Source of the DNA: Candidatus Altimarinota bacterium
GTDB lineage: Bacteria; Patescibacteriota; Gracilibacteria; CAIRYL01; GCA-016699755
Length of the DNA stretch: 64,000 bases
Reading direction: 5' to 3'
Assembly (NCBI GenBank): GCA_963664295.1
Contig: OY760935.1
Location: forward strand, 576,001 to 640,000
Under the pieces are notes generated by a model, which was not told the origin of the DNA, did not search any database, and was given only the letters and a program-made list of their open reading frames with translations. This document shows, piece by piece, positions 47,050 through 57,423 of the stretch. A program made the position numbers and the translations under genes. Numbering within the stretch: position 1 is the stretch's first letter; each line of letters begins with the position of its first letter.

Positions 47050-48243
47050 TTAATTCAAATCCCAATTTCGCAAAACATCTTCAAAAGTTTGCCTTTTGCG
47101 AATTAAGCGCGTGCTACCATCAGACTCAATCAAAACCTCTGCTGGTAAAAGATGAAGATTGTAATTTGATGCCATGGCCATACTGTAAGCACCTGCATTC
47201 ATAATAGCCAAAATATCTCCTTCTCTTGGCTCTGCGATTTCCCTATCTTTTGCAAAAACATCACCAGATTCGCAAATATTGCCACCAACTGTGACTACTT
47301 TTTTTTCTGCATCAGGATTAGAGATGTTAACTATCTCATGATATGAACCATAAAGCATTGGTCTTACAAGCTGGCTATAACCTGAATCCACCATTACAAA
47401 AGTTTTTTGAGGATTATTTTTCACTGCATTCACTTTAGTCAATAAAACACCAGATTCTGCAAGCAGTACTCTTCCTGGCTCAATCCACATTTCAACTTCA
47501 TCATTGCCTTTTGTTTTGCGAAATTCTTCAAATTTTTCCTTTGCTTTTTTACCTAATTCTTTTAAGTCTAAAGCTACTTCATCTGGTTTATAAGGAATGC
47601 CAAATCCGCCACCAAAATCAACAAACTTAAGGTCTTCAAAATCTTTAGCAGTGTCTAAAATAATATCCATCATTTGTAGATAGGTTTCTATATCGAGAAT
47701 ACCTGAACCAATATGAGTTTGTGTGCCTATTAATTTTAAATCATATTTTTTTACAATTTCTTTTACTTGGTCTGAATAAGTGTAATCTATGCCAAACTTT
47801 GAGTCAGTTCCGCCAGTTATATTGTGCTCATGGTGACCACCACCAACATTAGGATTAACACGAATAGAAACTTCGGCACCTGGCTGAATTTGTCCAACTT
47901 TTTCCAGCTCAGCCAAAGAGCCAACATTAAGCACAATGCCAGCATTAAGGGCAAAACGAATTCCTTTTTCATCTGTGCTAGCAGGAGTAAAAATAATATT
48001 TTCCGGCCTAAAACCAACTTCTAAAGCAAGTTTAGCTTCGCCCAAAGAAACTGTATCAACTCCTGAACCTTGACTTAAAAGAGTTTTTAAAATTTCTGGA
48101 TTATTATTAGACTTCATTGCGAACAAAATTTTTGTTCGCAAACCATCAAAAGACTCTTTAACAAGAGAATATTGATTTATTATTTTTTTGGCATCATAAA
48201 CATAAAGAGGTGTGCCGTATTGTATTGCTAAATTTTCTAACAT
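47050..48243 (-). CDS. lysA: Diaminopimelate decarboxylase
   Basis: GTPLYVYD, FAMKSN, SKFG, HIGS, GGGFG, EPGR, ICESGD, GAY...MASNYN. Confidence 0.95.
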   Translation of the reverse strand: MLENLAIQYGTPLYVYDAKKIINQYSLVKESFDGLRTKILFAMKSNNNPEILKTLLSQGSGVDTVSLGEAKLALEVGFRPENIIFTPASTDEKGIRFALNAGIVLNVGSLAELEKVGQIQPGAEVSIRVNPNVGGGHHEHNITGGTDSKFGIDYTYSDQVKEIVKKYDLKLIGTQTHIGSGILDIETYLQMMDIILDTAKDFEDLKFVDFGGGFGIPYKPDEVALDLKELGKKAKEKFEEFRKTKGNDEVEMWIEPGRVLLAESGVLLTKVNAVKNNPQKTFVMVDSGYSQLVRPMLYGSYHEIVNISNPDAEKKVVTVGGNICESGDVFAKDREIAEPREGDILAIMNAGAYSMAMASNYNLHLLPAEVLIESDGSTRLIRKRQTFEDVLRNWDLN

Positions 48244-48255
48244 TTTTTTAATTGA

Positions 48256-49131
48256 TTAAAGTTTTTCTAAAATTTTTTTAATTTCTTCCTGTTTTTCCTG
48301 TTCTGGCGAATATAAAGGTAGCCTTAAAACAGGCTTACACAGGCGCTTTAAAAACATTATATATTTTATCGAAGCTGGATTACCTGCCAAAAAACAAGCT
48401 CCAAAAAAATCCACATATTTTTTATGGATTTTTTCTGCTTCATTAAATTGTTTATTATTTAAAAAATTCATCATCTCAGTAAGCTCTGCTGGAAAAAGAT
48501 TGGAAGCAACAGAGACAAGCCCTTCTGCGCCCACTTGTGCAAAATCATAAGCCAAGGCATCATCACCAGAAAGCACTGTAAAATCATCAGGTTTTTTATT
48601 GCAAATTTCTCGCACTTGCTCAAGATCACCACTTGCTTCTTTGATAGCAACTATATTAGGTATTTCTGCTAAACGCAGAGTTGTTTCCGGAAACATATTT
48701 ACTCCTGTTCGTCCAGGTACGTTATAAAGCATAATCGGTAAATTTGGTACAGACTCAGATATAGCTTTAAAATGCTGATATATGCCTTCTTGTGAAGGTT
48801 TATTATAATAAGGGACTACTTGCAATGTACCATCAACACCTAACTTTTCTGCTTCTTTTGTGCGGATAATTGCTTCTTTTGTACAATTTGCACCTGTACC
48901 AGCAACAACCTTGCACCTTCCCTTTGCTGTTTCTACTGCAATTTTAACTACTTCTAAATGCTCTTCCTCGGAGAGAGTTGGGCTCTCACCCGTTGTTCCA
49001 CAAGGAACAATGCCATTTATGCCTGACTTTATTTGTCTTTCAATAAGATCGACAAAAGTATCTCTGTCTAGAGATTGGTTTTCCCAAAAAGGGGTCACCA
49101 GGGCTGTGAAAACACCTTTGAATTTGCTCAT
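48256..49131 (-). CDS. dapA: 4-hydroxy-tetrahydrodipicolinate synthase
   Basis: ALVTPF, GTTGESPTL, PYYNKP, LYNVPGRT, IKEASG, SGDD. Confidence 0.97.
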   Translation of the reverse strand: MSKFKGVFTALVTPFWENQSLDRDTFVDLIERQIKSGINGIVPCGTTGESPTLSEEEHLEVVKIAVETAKGRCKVVAGTGANCTKEAIIRTKEAEKLGVDGTLQVVPYYNKPSQEGIYQHFKAISESVPNLPIMLYNVPGRTGVNMFPETTLRLAEIPNIVAIKEASGDLEQVREICNKKPDDFTVLSGDDALAYDFAQVGAEGLVSVASNLFPAELTEMMNFLNNKQFNEAEKIHKKYVDFFGACFLAGNPASIKYIMFLKRLCKPVLRLPLYSPEQEKQEEIKKILEKL

Positions 49132-49150
49132 GTTATTTTATTATATTTTT

Positions 49151-49435
49151 TTAGCTTTCTTGATCCTCCCCTCCTCCTGAGTCATCTTCAAAGACGTCTT
49201 CGATGGCATCACTCGCCTTCTTTATCTTGTCCACCTTATTTTCTATTTCATCAATCTTTGTTTCTAAATCCTCTTTTGCTTTTATTGCTTCCTCTTTTAC
49301 TTCTGTAATATCAGCTTTTAATTCATTTGCTTTTTCTCCTGCTTTTTCTTTTACTTCATTCAATTTTTCCTCAGACACAAAAGAACAAGCTGATAACAGC
49401 AAAACTGAAAAAATAATTGTAAGAAATTTTTTCAT
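49151..49435 (-). CDS. Small helical lipoprotein
   Basis: LLLSAC lipobox; charged coiled coil. Confidence 0.75.
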   Translation of the reverse strand: MKKFLTIIFSVLLLSACSFVSEEKLNEVKEKAGEKANELKADITEVKEEAIKAKEDLETKIDEIENKVDKIKKASDAIEDVFEDDSGGGEDQES

Positions 49436-49767
49436 TTTTTCTCAAAAAAAGCAGATAAGCTTTTTGGATTTGACTCTAAGGTTTTTTGTGCTGTGTTTAC
49501 TTCTTCTTCAGAAATTTCTGTAGGAGAAATATTTTTCATATCAGGATGTTTTTTATCAGAGACAATGTTGATAACAGCCTGAGCTATACTATCAAAATGA
49601 CACTCAGAGCAGTGTATTTTAAATAAACAAGTTTTATCAGAAACAGATTGGACTGATATATTACCAATTTCGATTTTAGCATTGCATTTTGGGCATTGCT
49701 CATTTGCCAATATTTTTTCTAAGAAAATGTGAATATGATTCGAATCCATGCATAACAAGAAATACAC
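49432..49767 (-). CDS. Small Zn-ribbon protein (start likely 49749)
   Basis: CPKC and CSEC pairs. Confidence 0.7.
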   Translation of the reverse strand: MYFLLCMDSNHIHIFLEKILANEQCPKCNAKIEIGNISVQSVSDKTCLFKIHCSECHFDSIAQAVINIVSDKKHPDMKNISPTEISEEEVNTAQKTLESNPKSLSAFFEKK

Positions 49768-49816
49768 TTAAATTGTACGACTAGTCCAAAAAAAAGCAAA
49801 CTTTTTTTATAAATCT

Positions 49817-52327
49817 TTAAACATCAAGTTTTGGCATCAATTCTTCTTCTTTGTCGGTTTTTTCAGCACCTGTGCTAATCAAAGAAACTCCTGCCAATTT
49901 ATCATCATCTCCAGAACGCATTAAAATAACACCTTGTGTAGATCTGCCAATAGTTGGAATATCGCTTACTTTCATGCGAATAGACTGACCAGCATGGGTC
50001 ATAAGCATTAAATCACCATCAAAATCAGGCTTAATTACTTTTGAGCCAGCAATTTTACCTGTTTTTGCTGTAATGTTCGCAGCTTTTACGCCTGTTCCTC
50101 CTCTATTTTGTTTGCGGAAATTTTTCAATTTAGTCATTTTACCAAGTCCATTTTCCATAACAACCAAAAGATTAGAGTGGTCATCGCCTGCTTCTACTAC
50201 GTCCATTTCTACAACTTTATCATCGCCTTTGAGCTTAATACCACGAACACCGGTAGCAGCACGACCCATTGATCTTACATCATTTTCGTCAAAACGAATT
50301 GATTTGCCATTTTTTGTTACAATCATCACATCATCACCTTTTGTTGTATAGCGAACCCAATAAAGCATGTCTCCTTCTCTAATTTTAATTGCTATCAAAC
50401 CACTTTTGCGAACATTTTTAAAATCTTCTATTTTGGTTTTTTTGATAACTCCTTGTTCAGTTGCCATCATAAGATATTCGCCAGTATTAGCTGTTTCATC
50501 AAGAAGAGCAGTGACAAATTCACCATCTTGTAAGTTTAAAAAATTCACAAGTGATTGACCTTTAGCAGTGCGAGAAGCCTCTGGAATTTCAAAAGCTCTC
50601 AATCTAAAGACACGACCTTTGCTAGTGAAAAATAATAATTCATTATGATTAAATGTATGAAGAACTATCTTTACTTCATCGTCCACCTTGGCAACACCGC
50701 CTTTTAAGCCTTTTCCTCCTCTGGATTGAGTGCGGAAAGATGCAGGAGAAATACGCTTAACCCAACCTGCTTGAGTAATAGTAATAATTTTTTCCTCATT
50801 TGGAACTGTATCAACTGCGCGCATTTTGCCCAATGCTTCTGGAATAACCTCAGTCTTGCGTTCATCTGTATATTTTTCTTTAATTTCGCCTAATTCTTCC
50901 TGCATTATGCTTAAAATGCGTTCAGGTTTTGCCAAAATATCTTCACAATCTTTAATAAAAAGCATTTTTTCATTCAATTCATCTTCAATTTTCTTGCGTT
51001 CCAAGCCAGCTAAAGTTTGCAAACGCATTGCCAAAATTGCATCAGCTTGTAAATCAGATAATTTAAATTTTGTTATTAAGTTTTCTTTGGCTATTTCTTT
51101 GGTTTCCGATCCACGAATAGTGGCAATAACTTCATCAATATTGTCTAATGCTATTTTTAATCCCTCTAAAATATGAGCACGAGCAAGGGCAATTTTTAAT
51201 TCATATTCTGTTCTTCTTTTAATTACTTCTTTTCTGTGATCTATAAACTCTTCAAGAATTGATTTTAAATCAAGTAATCTTGGCTGAATACCGCCAGTTA
51301 AAGCAATAAAATTACAACCAAAAGAAGACTGGAGCGGAGTTAATTTATAAAGCTGGTTTAAAACCTTACCAGGAAAAGAATCTCGCTTTAATACAATAAC
51401 CACACGAATACCTTCTCTGTTGGATTCATCGCGCACATCTGTGATACCTGTGATTACTTTATCTCGCACTAAATCAGCAATTTTTGTCACCAAATTTGCC
51501 TTATTAACCTGATATGGAATTTCTGTAATTATAATTCTTGGCTTACCTTTATCTTCGTCAATATTAGCAACTCCACGCATAATAATAGAACCTCTTCCTG
51601 TTGCATAAGCTTCTCTGATTACACTCTTGTCATATATTTTACCTCCTGTTGGAAAATCAGGACCTTTTATATATTCCATCAAATCATCTATTGTGGCTTC
51701 TGGATTATTTGATAAGTGAAGAACAGCATCAACAACCTCCTGTAGATTGTGCGGAGGAATGTTAGTTGCCATACCAACAGCAATACCAGTACCGCCATTT
51801 AGAAGCAATGTTGGTAGCTTTGAAGGCAATACAGATGGTTCTTTTTGGGTGCCATCGTAATTATCTCTAAAATCAACTGTTTCTTTTTCTAAGTCAGCAA
51901 GCATTTCAGAGGTAATTTTTTGCATTTTTGCCTCTGTATAACGCATAGCAGCAGGACTATCCCCATCTATTGAGCCAAAATTACCCTGACCATGCACTAG
52001 CATATAACGCATAGCAAAATCCTGTGCCATACGCACCATAGAGTCATATACAGCTGCATCACCATGAGGATGGTATTTAGCTAAAACCTCACCAACAACA
52101 GCTGCTGATTTTCTAAATTTTGCCCCTGAAGTAAGACCCAATTTGTGCATAGCGTACAAAATACGCCTATGAACAGGCTTTAGGCCATCGCGAACATCTG
52201 GTAAAGCACGAGAAACAATCACGCTCATTGCATAATCAAGATAGCTTTCTCGCATCTCATCAACTATTTCTCTTTTTGGGAAACTTTCAAGTAATGTTCC
52301 TTGTGTGTTTTCGTTATTATCTGACAT
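49817..52327 (-). CDS. gyrA: DNA gyrase subunit A
   Basis: [26 protein letters not shown], GyrA-box QSRGGKG. Confidence 0.98.
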   Translation of the reverse strand: MSDNNENTQGTLLESFPKREIVDEMRESYLDYAMSVIVSRALPDVRDGLKPVHRRILYAMHKLGLTSGAKFRKSAAVVGEVLAKYHPHGDAAVYDSMVRMAQDFAMRYMLVHGQGNFGSIDGDSPAAMRYTEAKMQKITSEMLADLEKETVDFRDNYDGTQKEPSVLPSKLPTLLLNGGTGIAVGMATNIPPHNLQEVVDAVLHLSNNPEATIDDLMEYIKGPDFPTGGKIYDKSVIREAYATGRGSIIMRGVANIDEDKGKPRIIITEIPYQVNKANLVTKIADLVRDKVITGITDVRDESNREGIRVVIVLKRDSFPGKVLNQLYKLTPLQSSFGCNFIALTGGIQPRLLDLKSILEEFIDHRKEVIKRRTEYELKIALARAHILEGLKIALDNIDEVIATIRGSETKEIAKENLITKFKLSDLQADAILAMRLQTLAGLERKKIEDELNEKMLFIKDCEDILAKPERILSIMQEELGEIKEKYTDERKTEVIPEALGKMRAVDTVPNEEKIITITQAGWVKRISPASFRTQSRGGKGLKGGVAKVDDEVKIVLHTFNHNELLFFTSKGRVFRLRAFEIPEASRTAKGQSLVNFLNLQDGEFVTALLDETANTGEYLMMATEQGVIKKTKIEDFKNVRKSGLIAIKIREGDMLYWVRYTTKGDDVMIVTKNGKSIRFDENDVRSMGRAATGVRGIKLKGDDKVVEMDVVEAGDDHSNLLVVMENGLGKMTKLKNFRKQNRGGTGVKAANITAKTGKIAGSKVIKPDFDGDLMLMTHAGQSIRMKVSDIPTIGRSTQGVILMRSGDDDKLAGVSLISTGAEKTDKEEELMPKLDV

Positions 52328-52459
52328 TGATTTAAGGCTATAAAATAGGGCTTATTTGCTAATCAGCTCAATATAAATAATCAACCTGATTTAACTAGAC
52401 AGATAATGCCAGATAAATAAAGTTTCTTCAAGTCTAAATTAGTTTTTATGCTACAAAAA

Positions 52460-53083
52460 CTATTGTTTTAATTTCGTACTTGGTTCCACTAAAAGCAAAT
52501 ATTCAAGATTTTTAAGCTCTTCTGTTGTCATACCTATATCCTCAGGTACAACAAAGCCACTATCAAGCCATATTAAAGCTGTTTTTATGATTACCTCAGA
52601 ACTTGTGCCAATATTTTTAATATTTTTTGCAAATTGTTTCAAAGTATCAATAATCATTTGCTCAGTTAATTTTTCAACTTCATTAATATTAAATTCAAAA
52701 TCTTCCTGAATATAACCAGCAGAAAACAAAAAGGTTAAACATGTATTTTTTATTACATTGATAGCAATAATGTTTTCACCTACAGGTTTTTCATTTAACT
52801 CTCTTAATATTTCTAACATTGAACAAGCTTGCGCTCCATAAAACATTTTTTCTTCCTCTGGCGTGAATTGTTGACACAAAGAACAACAGCTATCACACAA
52901 AAAAATATCCAAAACCCTAGAAGCAGCCTCAAATTTTTGCTCTCTTTTGTTCAAAACTTCCTGCAAAAGAAAAGCTATATTAGAAGCGCACTCTTTTTTT
53001 GTTTTTTCAATTATTCGCTCTTTAGGAACCTCTTTTTTTACCGGAGACAAAGCCTTTTTTAGTCTATCTAATGAGCTAAACAT
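52460..53083 (-). CDS. Hypothetical protein (paralog 3 of a tandem trio)
   Basis: Aligns by eye with 53088..53681; WLDSGFV.PEDIGMTTEEL tail. Confidence 0.75.
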   Translation of the reverse strand: MFSSLDRLKKALSPVKKEVPKERIIEKTKKECASNIAFLLQEVLNKREQKFEAASRVLDIFLCDSCCSLCQQFTPEEEKMFYGAQACSMLEILRELNEKPVGENIIAINVIKNTCLTFLFSAGYIQEDFEFNINEVEKLTEQMIIDTLKQFAKNIKNIGTSSEVIIKTALIWLDSGFVVPEDIGMTTEELKNLEYLLLVEPSTKLKQ

Positions 53084-53087
53084 ATTA

Positions 53088-53681
53088 TTATGAATTAAAG
53101 CCGTCTATTTCTACTGACAACATTACAAGTTGTTCAAATTCCTCCTTAGTTGTACCTAATTCTTCATAGGTCACAAAACCACTTTCAAACCAAATTTTTA
53201 CTGATTTCATAGTATCCATCGTCATAACTTTACCTTCTTTAAGACTTTTTATAACAACTTGAAGTGATTTATAAATCATTTCTTCAATCCAAATCTCAAC
53301 CTGATTAATATCAAACTGAATATTAATATTGTCAATAACACCATAGCTACGCAAAAGCCTTAAGCAATATCTTTCAAGAGCCTGTACCTCAACATTAAGA
53401 CCACTAGAATCCAACATTCTTATTGCTTCTAGCATCAAAACAGCATCTGACGCACAAAATACAAAAGTTTCCTCTGCAGAAAGCATGCCTAATAAATTTT
53501 CTGAACCATTTAAAAATAAATTATTAATTTTTTCACTTGCTTCAATTTTTTGTCGCCTTTTAAGAATTCTTGTGAGTGCTTCTGCTAACAATTTCGCTTC
53601 TTTTTGTATCGGCTCATGCAATTTACTATCTAGCGATTCTGGTTCACTACCTTGCCCTAATTTTTCTAAATTTTTTACCAT
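53088..53681 (-). CDS. Hypothetical protein (paralog 2)
   Basis: WFESGFVTYEELGTTKEEF tail. Confidence 0.75.
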   Translation of the reverse strand: MVKNLEKLGQGSEPESLDSKLHEPIQKEAKLLAEALTRILKRRQKIEASEKINNLFLNGSENLLGMLSAEETFVFCASDAVLMLEAIRMLDSSGLNVEVQALERYCLRLLRSYGVIDNINIQFDINQVEIWIEEMIYKSLQVVIKSLKEGKVMTMDTMKSVKIWFESGFVTYEELGTTKEEFEQLVMLSVEIDGFNS

Positions 53682-53687
53682 AAATTA

Positions 53688-54653
53688 TTAAGAATTAAAA
53701 CTATCAGTTCCTGCTGACAACATTACAAGTTGCCCAAACTCCTCCTCAGTTGTGCCTAATTCTTCATAGGTAGTGTAGCCAAGATCAAGTAAGGTTTTTA
53801 TCTGTTCAAGCACATAATCAGGAACAACATCCTTATTTTGCATGATTTTGATTGCTGTTTTTGCAAGAGCAATTTCCAGATCACCTTCTCCTGCTAATTC
53901 TGCTAATTCATCTCTAGTTATAGAAGATAAATTTTCCAGCCCAAAAACTCCTCTTTGCACTCCCTCCAAACAAAACTGAACAGTTGCATCAATTTGATCA
54001 CTGTATTTATTAGGATCTAAGTCCTTAACTTTTGATAATGCGTAATTTGCAACCATAGCAAAAATTTTTTCAACAATTGGACTAAAAATATCAACATTAT
54101 CAGTATTATAATTAAACCCATTACGCAAAATAGCTACTATATCTTCTCCATTAAGGGACATCTGAATATCTTGCTCCACGCAACTTATAGCCTGCATCAT
54201 AATACCTTCAACATTACTCATAGCATATGCTTGTTTTTCAACAGTTGTATTAACAGCTTTTTGCAATCGAAATTTAAGCTCAACAAGGTTGCCATATCCC
54301 AAATCATGTACCTCAAGATTATGCTGTGCTATCAACTGATTAATGCTATCCATAAGATTAAGAGCGGCTTCCAGGTTGCCATTTGCAACATACAACTCTA
54401 TTTCTTTCATGCTAGCTACAATTATTTGTATTGCTTCTGCTCGTTCTGTGTTATCGGATGATTGCTCAAAATCATCATCTTCTTCAAAAAACTCATCATC
54501 TCCAAGCAAATTATCAACCTCATCTGCAATATCACTTGCAACTTCTTCGGCAATCTTTGTTGTATCAAGTTCTGTTTCTGTGCCGGAACTTTCAGGATTT
54601 ATACCTTCTGTTTCATCTTTAAATTCCAAACCTTTTCTTGTTTTATCAGTCAT
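53688..54653 (-). CDS. Acidic hypothetical protein (paralog 1)
   Basis: GYTTYEELGTTEEEF tail nearly identical to the next gene. Confidence 0.75.
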   Translation of the reverse strand: MTDKTRKGLEFKDETEGINPESSGTETELDTTKIAEEVASDIADEVDNLLGDDEFFEEDDDFEQSSDNTERAEAIQIIVASMKEIELYVANGNLEAALNLMDSINQLIAQHNLEVHDLGYGNLVELKFRLQKAVNTTVEKQAYAMSNVEGIMMQAISCVEQDIQMSLNGEDIVAILRNGFNYNTDNVDIFSPIVEKIFAMVANYALSKVKDLDPNKYSDQIDATVQFCLEGVQRGVFGLENLSSITRDELAELAGEGDLEIALAKTAIKIMQNKDVVPDYVLEQIKTLLDLGYTTYEELGTTEEEFGQLVMLSAGTDSFNS

Positions 54654-54725
54654 TATTTTAAAAAAATGGTTAATATTTATAATTTATTAACCATTTTTTG
54701 TCAATATAATTTTTACAATTTTGGC

Positions 54726-57296
54726 TTATTTGAGGACAATTTCAATATTGTCTTTTTTGCCTCTAACTAGTTTCACCAATTGTCTTGGAGTAATTTTTCC
54801 TTGCAAAATATCTTCTGCTAATGGATCTTCCACCATTTCACGCACTATCCTGCGCACTCCTCTGGCACCATTTTTTGGATCAAAACTTTTTTCTGCCAAA
54901 AAATTAGCAACTGAATCAGAATATTCTATTTTTATTTCCTTTTCACTAATTCTCTCTTGCAATTCTTGTAAATGAATTTTGACTATTTTTTTAATGTGTT
55001 TTTTTATTAATGGCTTAAAAACAATTACTTTATCAAGTCTGTTTAAAAACTCAGGACGAAAGAATTTTTTAACCTGCTCAAGCACCATTTCTTTTTTGTC
55101 CAAAAACTCTTGTTCTGCTTTTTTTTCTTCTGTGTCTGAACTAGAAAAACCAATTTTTGTTGCCTCTTCTGTTAATTCTTCTGCTCCTAAATTAGAAGTC
55201 ATAATTATTATTGTGTTGGTAAAGTCAATTTTTCTACCTTTTCCGTCTGTCAAAGTGCCATCTTCCATGATTTGCAAAAGTGTGTTTTGAAAATCTCGAT
55301 GAGCTTTTTCAATCTCGTCAAAAAGCACTACAGAATGGGGTTTTCTGCGAATTTTTTCTGTTAATTCACCGCCTTCATCATAACCAACATAACCTGCTGT
55401 TGTACCAGTTAAGCGAGAAACATTATGTCTTTCCATAAACTCACTCATGTCTATTTTTACTAATGAGTCTTTAGAGTGAAAAACCTCTTCAGAAAGAACT
55501 TTTACAGTTTCTGTTTTACCAACTCCAGTAGGCCCAAGGAACAAAAAGACACCAATTGGTCTTTTTGCGTCTGATATACCTGCTTTTGATCTGCGAATAG
55601 ACTTGGAAATAGCTTCCAAAGCCTCTTGTTGACCTATTATTCTTGTGCCAAGGTTTTTTTCAAGATCAAGCAAGGCGATTGCTTCTTTTTTTGCTAATTT
55701 TGAAAGCGGAATGCCTGTCACTTGAGCAATAACTCCCATGATGTCCTCTTTTTCTACTTTTTTGCGCTGAGCCTTGCTAATAGTTTTTTTCTTTAATGCT
55801 TCAATTTGCTTTTTATAATTTTCTTCTTCTCTTTTTAGGTCTAGTGCTTTTTGAAAATTCTGATTTTGCACTGCTTGTTCTTTTTTCTTTGCAATATTTG
55901 TAATTTTTGTTCTTAGTTTTTGCACTTCTTGTGGCTCTTTTTCAGAACGAGCACCTTTTTGTGCAGCAGCCTCGTCAATTAAATCAATTGCCTTGTCTGG
56001 CAAAAAACGATCAGAAATATAACGCTTTGACAATTTTACTGCTTCTTTCAGTGCTTCATCTGTAATTTCTAGATTATGAAAATCTTCAAAATTCTTGCGA
56101 ATACCAATAAGAATTTTTTCTGTGTCGTCGTCTGTTGGCTCATCAACCATTACATTCTGGAAACGCCTTTCCAAAGCCTTATCTTTTTCTATGTGTTTTC
56201 TGTGTTCATCAAAAGTAGTAGCACCAATTACACGAATTTTACCCCTTGAAAGAGCTGGCTTGAGAATATTGGCAGCATCAAGAGAACCTTCGGCACTACC
56301 TGCACCTACAATTGTATGGAGCTCATCTATAAATAAAATAACTTCATTATCTGTTTCAATTGCTTCTTCAATTACTTCTTTTAATCTTTCCTCAAACTCG
56401 CCCCGAAATTTAGTACCAGCAATTAAACTGGTCATAGAAAGCATAAGAACACGCTTTTCTAAAAGGGAATCAGGCACCGCACCTCTTTCAATGGCTTGTG
56501 CAAGCCCTTCCACAATGGCAGTCTTACCAACTCCTGGTTCACCAACCAATAATGGATTATTTTTAGTTTTTCTGTTCAAAATATTAATTGTTCGTTCAAT
56601 TTCTTGCTCCCTGCCAATAATTGGATCAAGTTTGCCATCTGCTGCTTCTGCAGTAAGATCAACAGAAAAGTAATCCAAAGCAGGTGTGTCTGACTCGTCC
56701 TCTTCTTCATGTGGTCTTTTTTTATGCTTAAAACCCTGCTGATAGTCTTCGTTTTTTTGCAAAGAAACAAGTGCTCCCTGCAAACCTTGCAATAAATCTT
56801 CTAAAATTTGCGGAGGAGGATTGCCACTAGCTTCTTTGCGCTTACTAGAAAGCTTAACCAAGACGTCTTTAATTTGTTTTTGCAAATCAAGCAAAGAAAC
56901 ATGCATCTTAGAAAGCACTACAGCTCCTGCTGTTTCCTTATGTTCTACCAAAGAAAGCAAAAGATGTTCTGTGCCAACAAAATTATGCCTAAATTGAAAC
57001 GCTATCTTAAGCGCACCTTCTATTACTCTCTTAAGTGAAGGAGAAATACCTTTTGGCTCTGTTTTTGGGTCACCTGGTTTTACAAATTCACCCAAAACCT
57101 TTTGCACACTTTCATAATTAACCCCTACTGAGTTTAAAATTGAGTATGCTATGGAATTTTTATTCTCAAGAATGCCTAAGAGAAGATGTTCTGTGCCAAC
57201 TTCGCTTGTGTGCATTTTTTTCGCTTCATCATCAGCTTTTCGAAATGCCCTACGAGCATCATCGGAAAACCTTTCAAATGGATTTTGTTCTTGCAT
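54726..57296 (-). CDS. clpC: Clp protease ATP-binding subunit, ClpC-type
   Basis: Two Clp_N repeats, GEPGVGKT, UVR-like middle domain, GPTGVGKT, IGF loop. Confidence 0.93.
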   Translation of the reverse strand: MQEQNPFERFSDDARRAFRKADDEAKKMHTSEVGTEHLLLGILENKNSIAYSILNSVGVNYESVQKVLGEFVKPGDPKTEPKGISPSLKRVIEGALKIAFQFRHNFVGTEHLLLSLVEHKETAGAVVLSKMHVSLLDLQKQIKDVLVKLSSKRKEASGNPPPQILEDLLQGLQGALVSLQKNEDYQQGFKHKKRPHEEEDESDTPALDYFSVDLTAEAADGKLDPIIGREQEIERTINILNRKTKNNPLLVGEPGVGKTAIVEGLAQAIERGAVPDSLLEKRVLMLSMTSLIAGTKFRGEFEERLKEVIEEAIETDNEVILFIDELHTIVGAGSAEGSLDAANILKPALSRGKIRVIGATTFDEHRKHIEKDKALERRFQNVMVDEPTDDDTEKILIGIRKNFEDFHNLEITDEALKEAVKLSKRYISDRFLPDKAIDLIDEAAAQKGARSEKEPQEVQKLRTKITNIAKKKEQAVQNQNFQKALDLKREEENYKKQIEALKKKTISKAQRKKVEKEDIMGVIAQVTGIPLSKLAKKEAIALLDLEKNLGTRIIGQQEALEAISKSIRRSKAGISDAKRPIGVFLFLGPTGVGKTETVKVLSEEVFHSKDSLVKIDMSEFMERHNVSRLTGTTAGYVGYDEGGELTEKIRRKPHSVVLFDEIEKAHRDFQNTLLQIMEDGTLTDGKGRKIDFTNTIIIMTSNLGAEELTEEATKIGFSSSDTEEKKAEQEFLDKKEMVLEQVKKFFRPEFLNRLDKVIVFKPLIKKHIKKIVKIHLQELQERISEKEIKIEYSDSVANFLAEKSFDPKNGARGVRRIVREMVEDPLAEDILQGKITPRQLVKLVRGKKDNIEIVLK

Positions 57297-57423
57297 TTAA
57301 TACTTTTAAATATCTCAAATTATTCTCTCATATTTTAAACAAAGATGAAAGGTAAAATCTACCCCATTCTCCATTGATTTTTTGTTTACTTTATGAGATA
57401 ATTTAAAGAAACATAAAAATTAA

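Noticed and set aside
53088-53775. DGR template/variable repeat pair
   Set aside because: Both copies are coding C-termini, mismatches are not adenine-restricted, and no reverse transcriptase is in the window.
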